IMG/VR virus record: IMGVR_UViG_3300044630_003363
Location: 1-55,893 of that record
Length of the DNA stretch: 55,893 nt
DNA from: a virus
Lineage: Duplodnaviria; Caudoviricetes
Reading direction: 5' to 3' (one strand)
The notes below the pieces were generated by a model. It worked only from the letters and a program-made list of their open reading frames with translations. It did no database searches and was not told the DNA's origin. A program made the translations under genes and the position numbers. This document shows, piece after piece, positions 55,287 through 55,893 of this stretch; positions within the stretch are counted from its first letter, which is position 1, and each line of letters starts with the position of its first letter.

Positions 55287-55893
55287 ATGGCAATTGGCTC
55301 ATATGGAATAATAAGACCGGCGGATGTATCACCCGAGGACATTGAAATTTACTTTCATTACGTTCCGAATAGAAATAGCACATCTGAAGTTACATTGAAA
55401 AGATTAAGTTCTTCAGATGTATTAACACCTGTTTTTCATAACACAGAAACAACAGATGACACTTCAGCACCTAATACCGAAATATTAGGTGGATTGTATA
55501 ATTTAAAATTATCAGCCACAGATTTTTCTGATACGGGTATTTATACACTTCATATCAGACCTAAACAGATAAGAACATCAATTACGGATTGTGGAATTTT
55601 AGCATCTTTACCATCGGTAAGAGGTTTAATTGTTGACCTTAGTAATGTCCCCGCTGCTGATAGAAATAAATTCACACCACAAGGATTAGTTGGTTATAGG
55701 GTTGAATATATAAATTCATCCGATAATAAAAAGATACCCAATTTTTATAGAATTGTAACATCATCTTTCTATTGTTCACCAATTGTTTCTAATTTAACAA
55801 GTACATCACAAAAGTCGATAAGATATCAATATAGTGAACAGGTTACTAACTTAATGTTCTTAACCGTAACACCATCATCTGCGCCAACAAATA
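55287..55893 (+). CDS. Putative structural protein, truncated by the window edge (MAIGSYGIIRPADVSPEDIEI...)
   Basis: Hand-translated; open to the window end; TATTTATT at 55265. Confidence 0.8.
   Translation, partial: MAIGSYGIIRPADVSPEDIEIYFHYVPNRNSTSEVTLKRLSSSDVLTPVFHNTETTDDTSAPNTEILGGLYNLKLSATDFSDTGIYTLHIRPKQIRTSITDCGILASLPSVRGLIVDLSNVPAADRNKFTPQGLVGYRVEYINSSDNKKIPNFYRIVTSSFYCSPIVSNLTSTSQKSIRYQYSEQVTNLMFLTVTPSSAPTN

Noticed and set aside
1-55893. Stop-codon reassignment; tRNA, rRNA, integrase or transposase genes
   Set aside because: Coding density is high under the standard code and none were recognised by eye (a tRNA scan was not run)

Overview
This is a 55.9-kb, AT-rich (roughly 30% GC by eye), gene-dense segment of a large T4-like myovirus (contractile-tailed phage). 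Promoter shapes and the lack of Shine-Dalgarno motifs suggest a Bacteroidota host (inference). Virion genes include neck proteins, tail terminator, sheath, tube, chaperone, tape measure, giant baseplate/hub proteins, and gp25- and gp6-like wedges. They are interleaved with replication genes: family B polymerase, SNF2 helicase, gp32-like SSB, RecA/UvsX, 5'-3' exonuclease, DnaB-like helicase and class II RNR. The most unusual signals are: (1) a non-coding island between sheath and tube with a 15/16 match to the bacterial parS site beside eight phased CTAG-core repeats, a candidate origin/partition locus; (2) an [S/T]-G-x-T motif strongly enriched in outer virion proteins plus Pro/Thr mucin-like tails, a candidate virion glycosylation code; (3) a coupled late operon with a 14-unit tandem-repeat protein and a stand-alone WYL protein; (4) a shared terminal 'L-x-E..RIKxLI' tag on unrelated late proteins (WYL, GNAT and others, with a shorter form on an ART-like enzyme), a candidate capsid-cargo signal; (5) an apparent +1/-2 frameshift in the tail chaperone; (6) an unannotated ribbon-helix-helix gene; and (7) a genome-wide TATTTAT(A/T/C) late promoter. 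All calls come from motif recognition by eye. No database searches were run and counts are hand counts.
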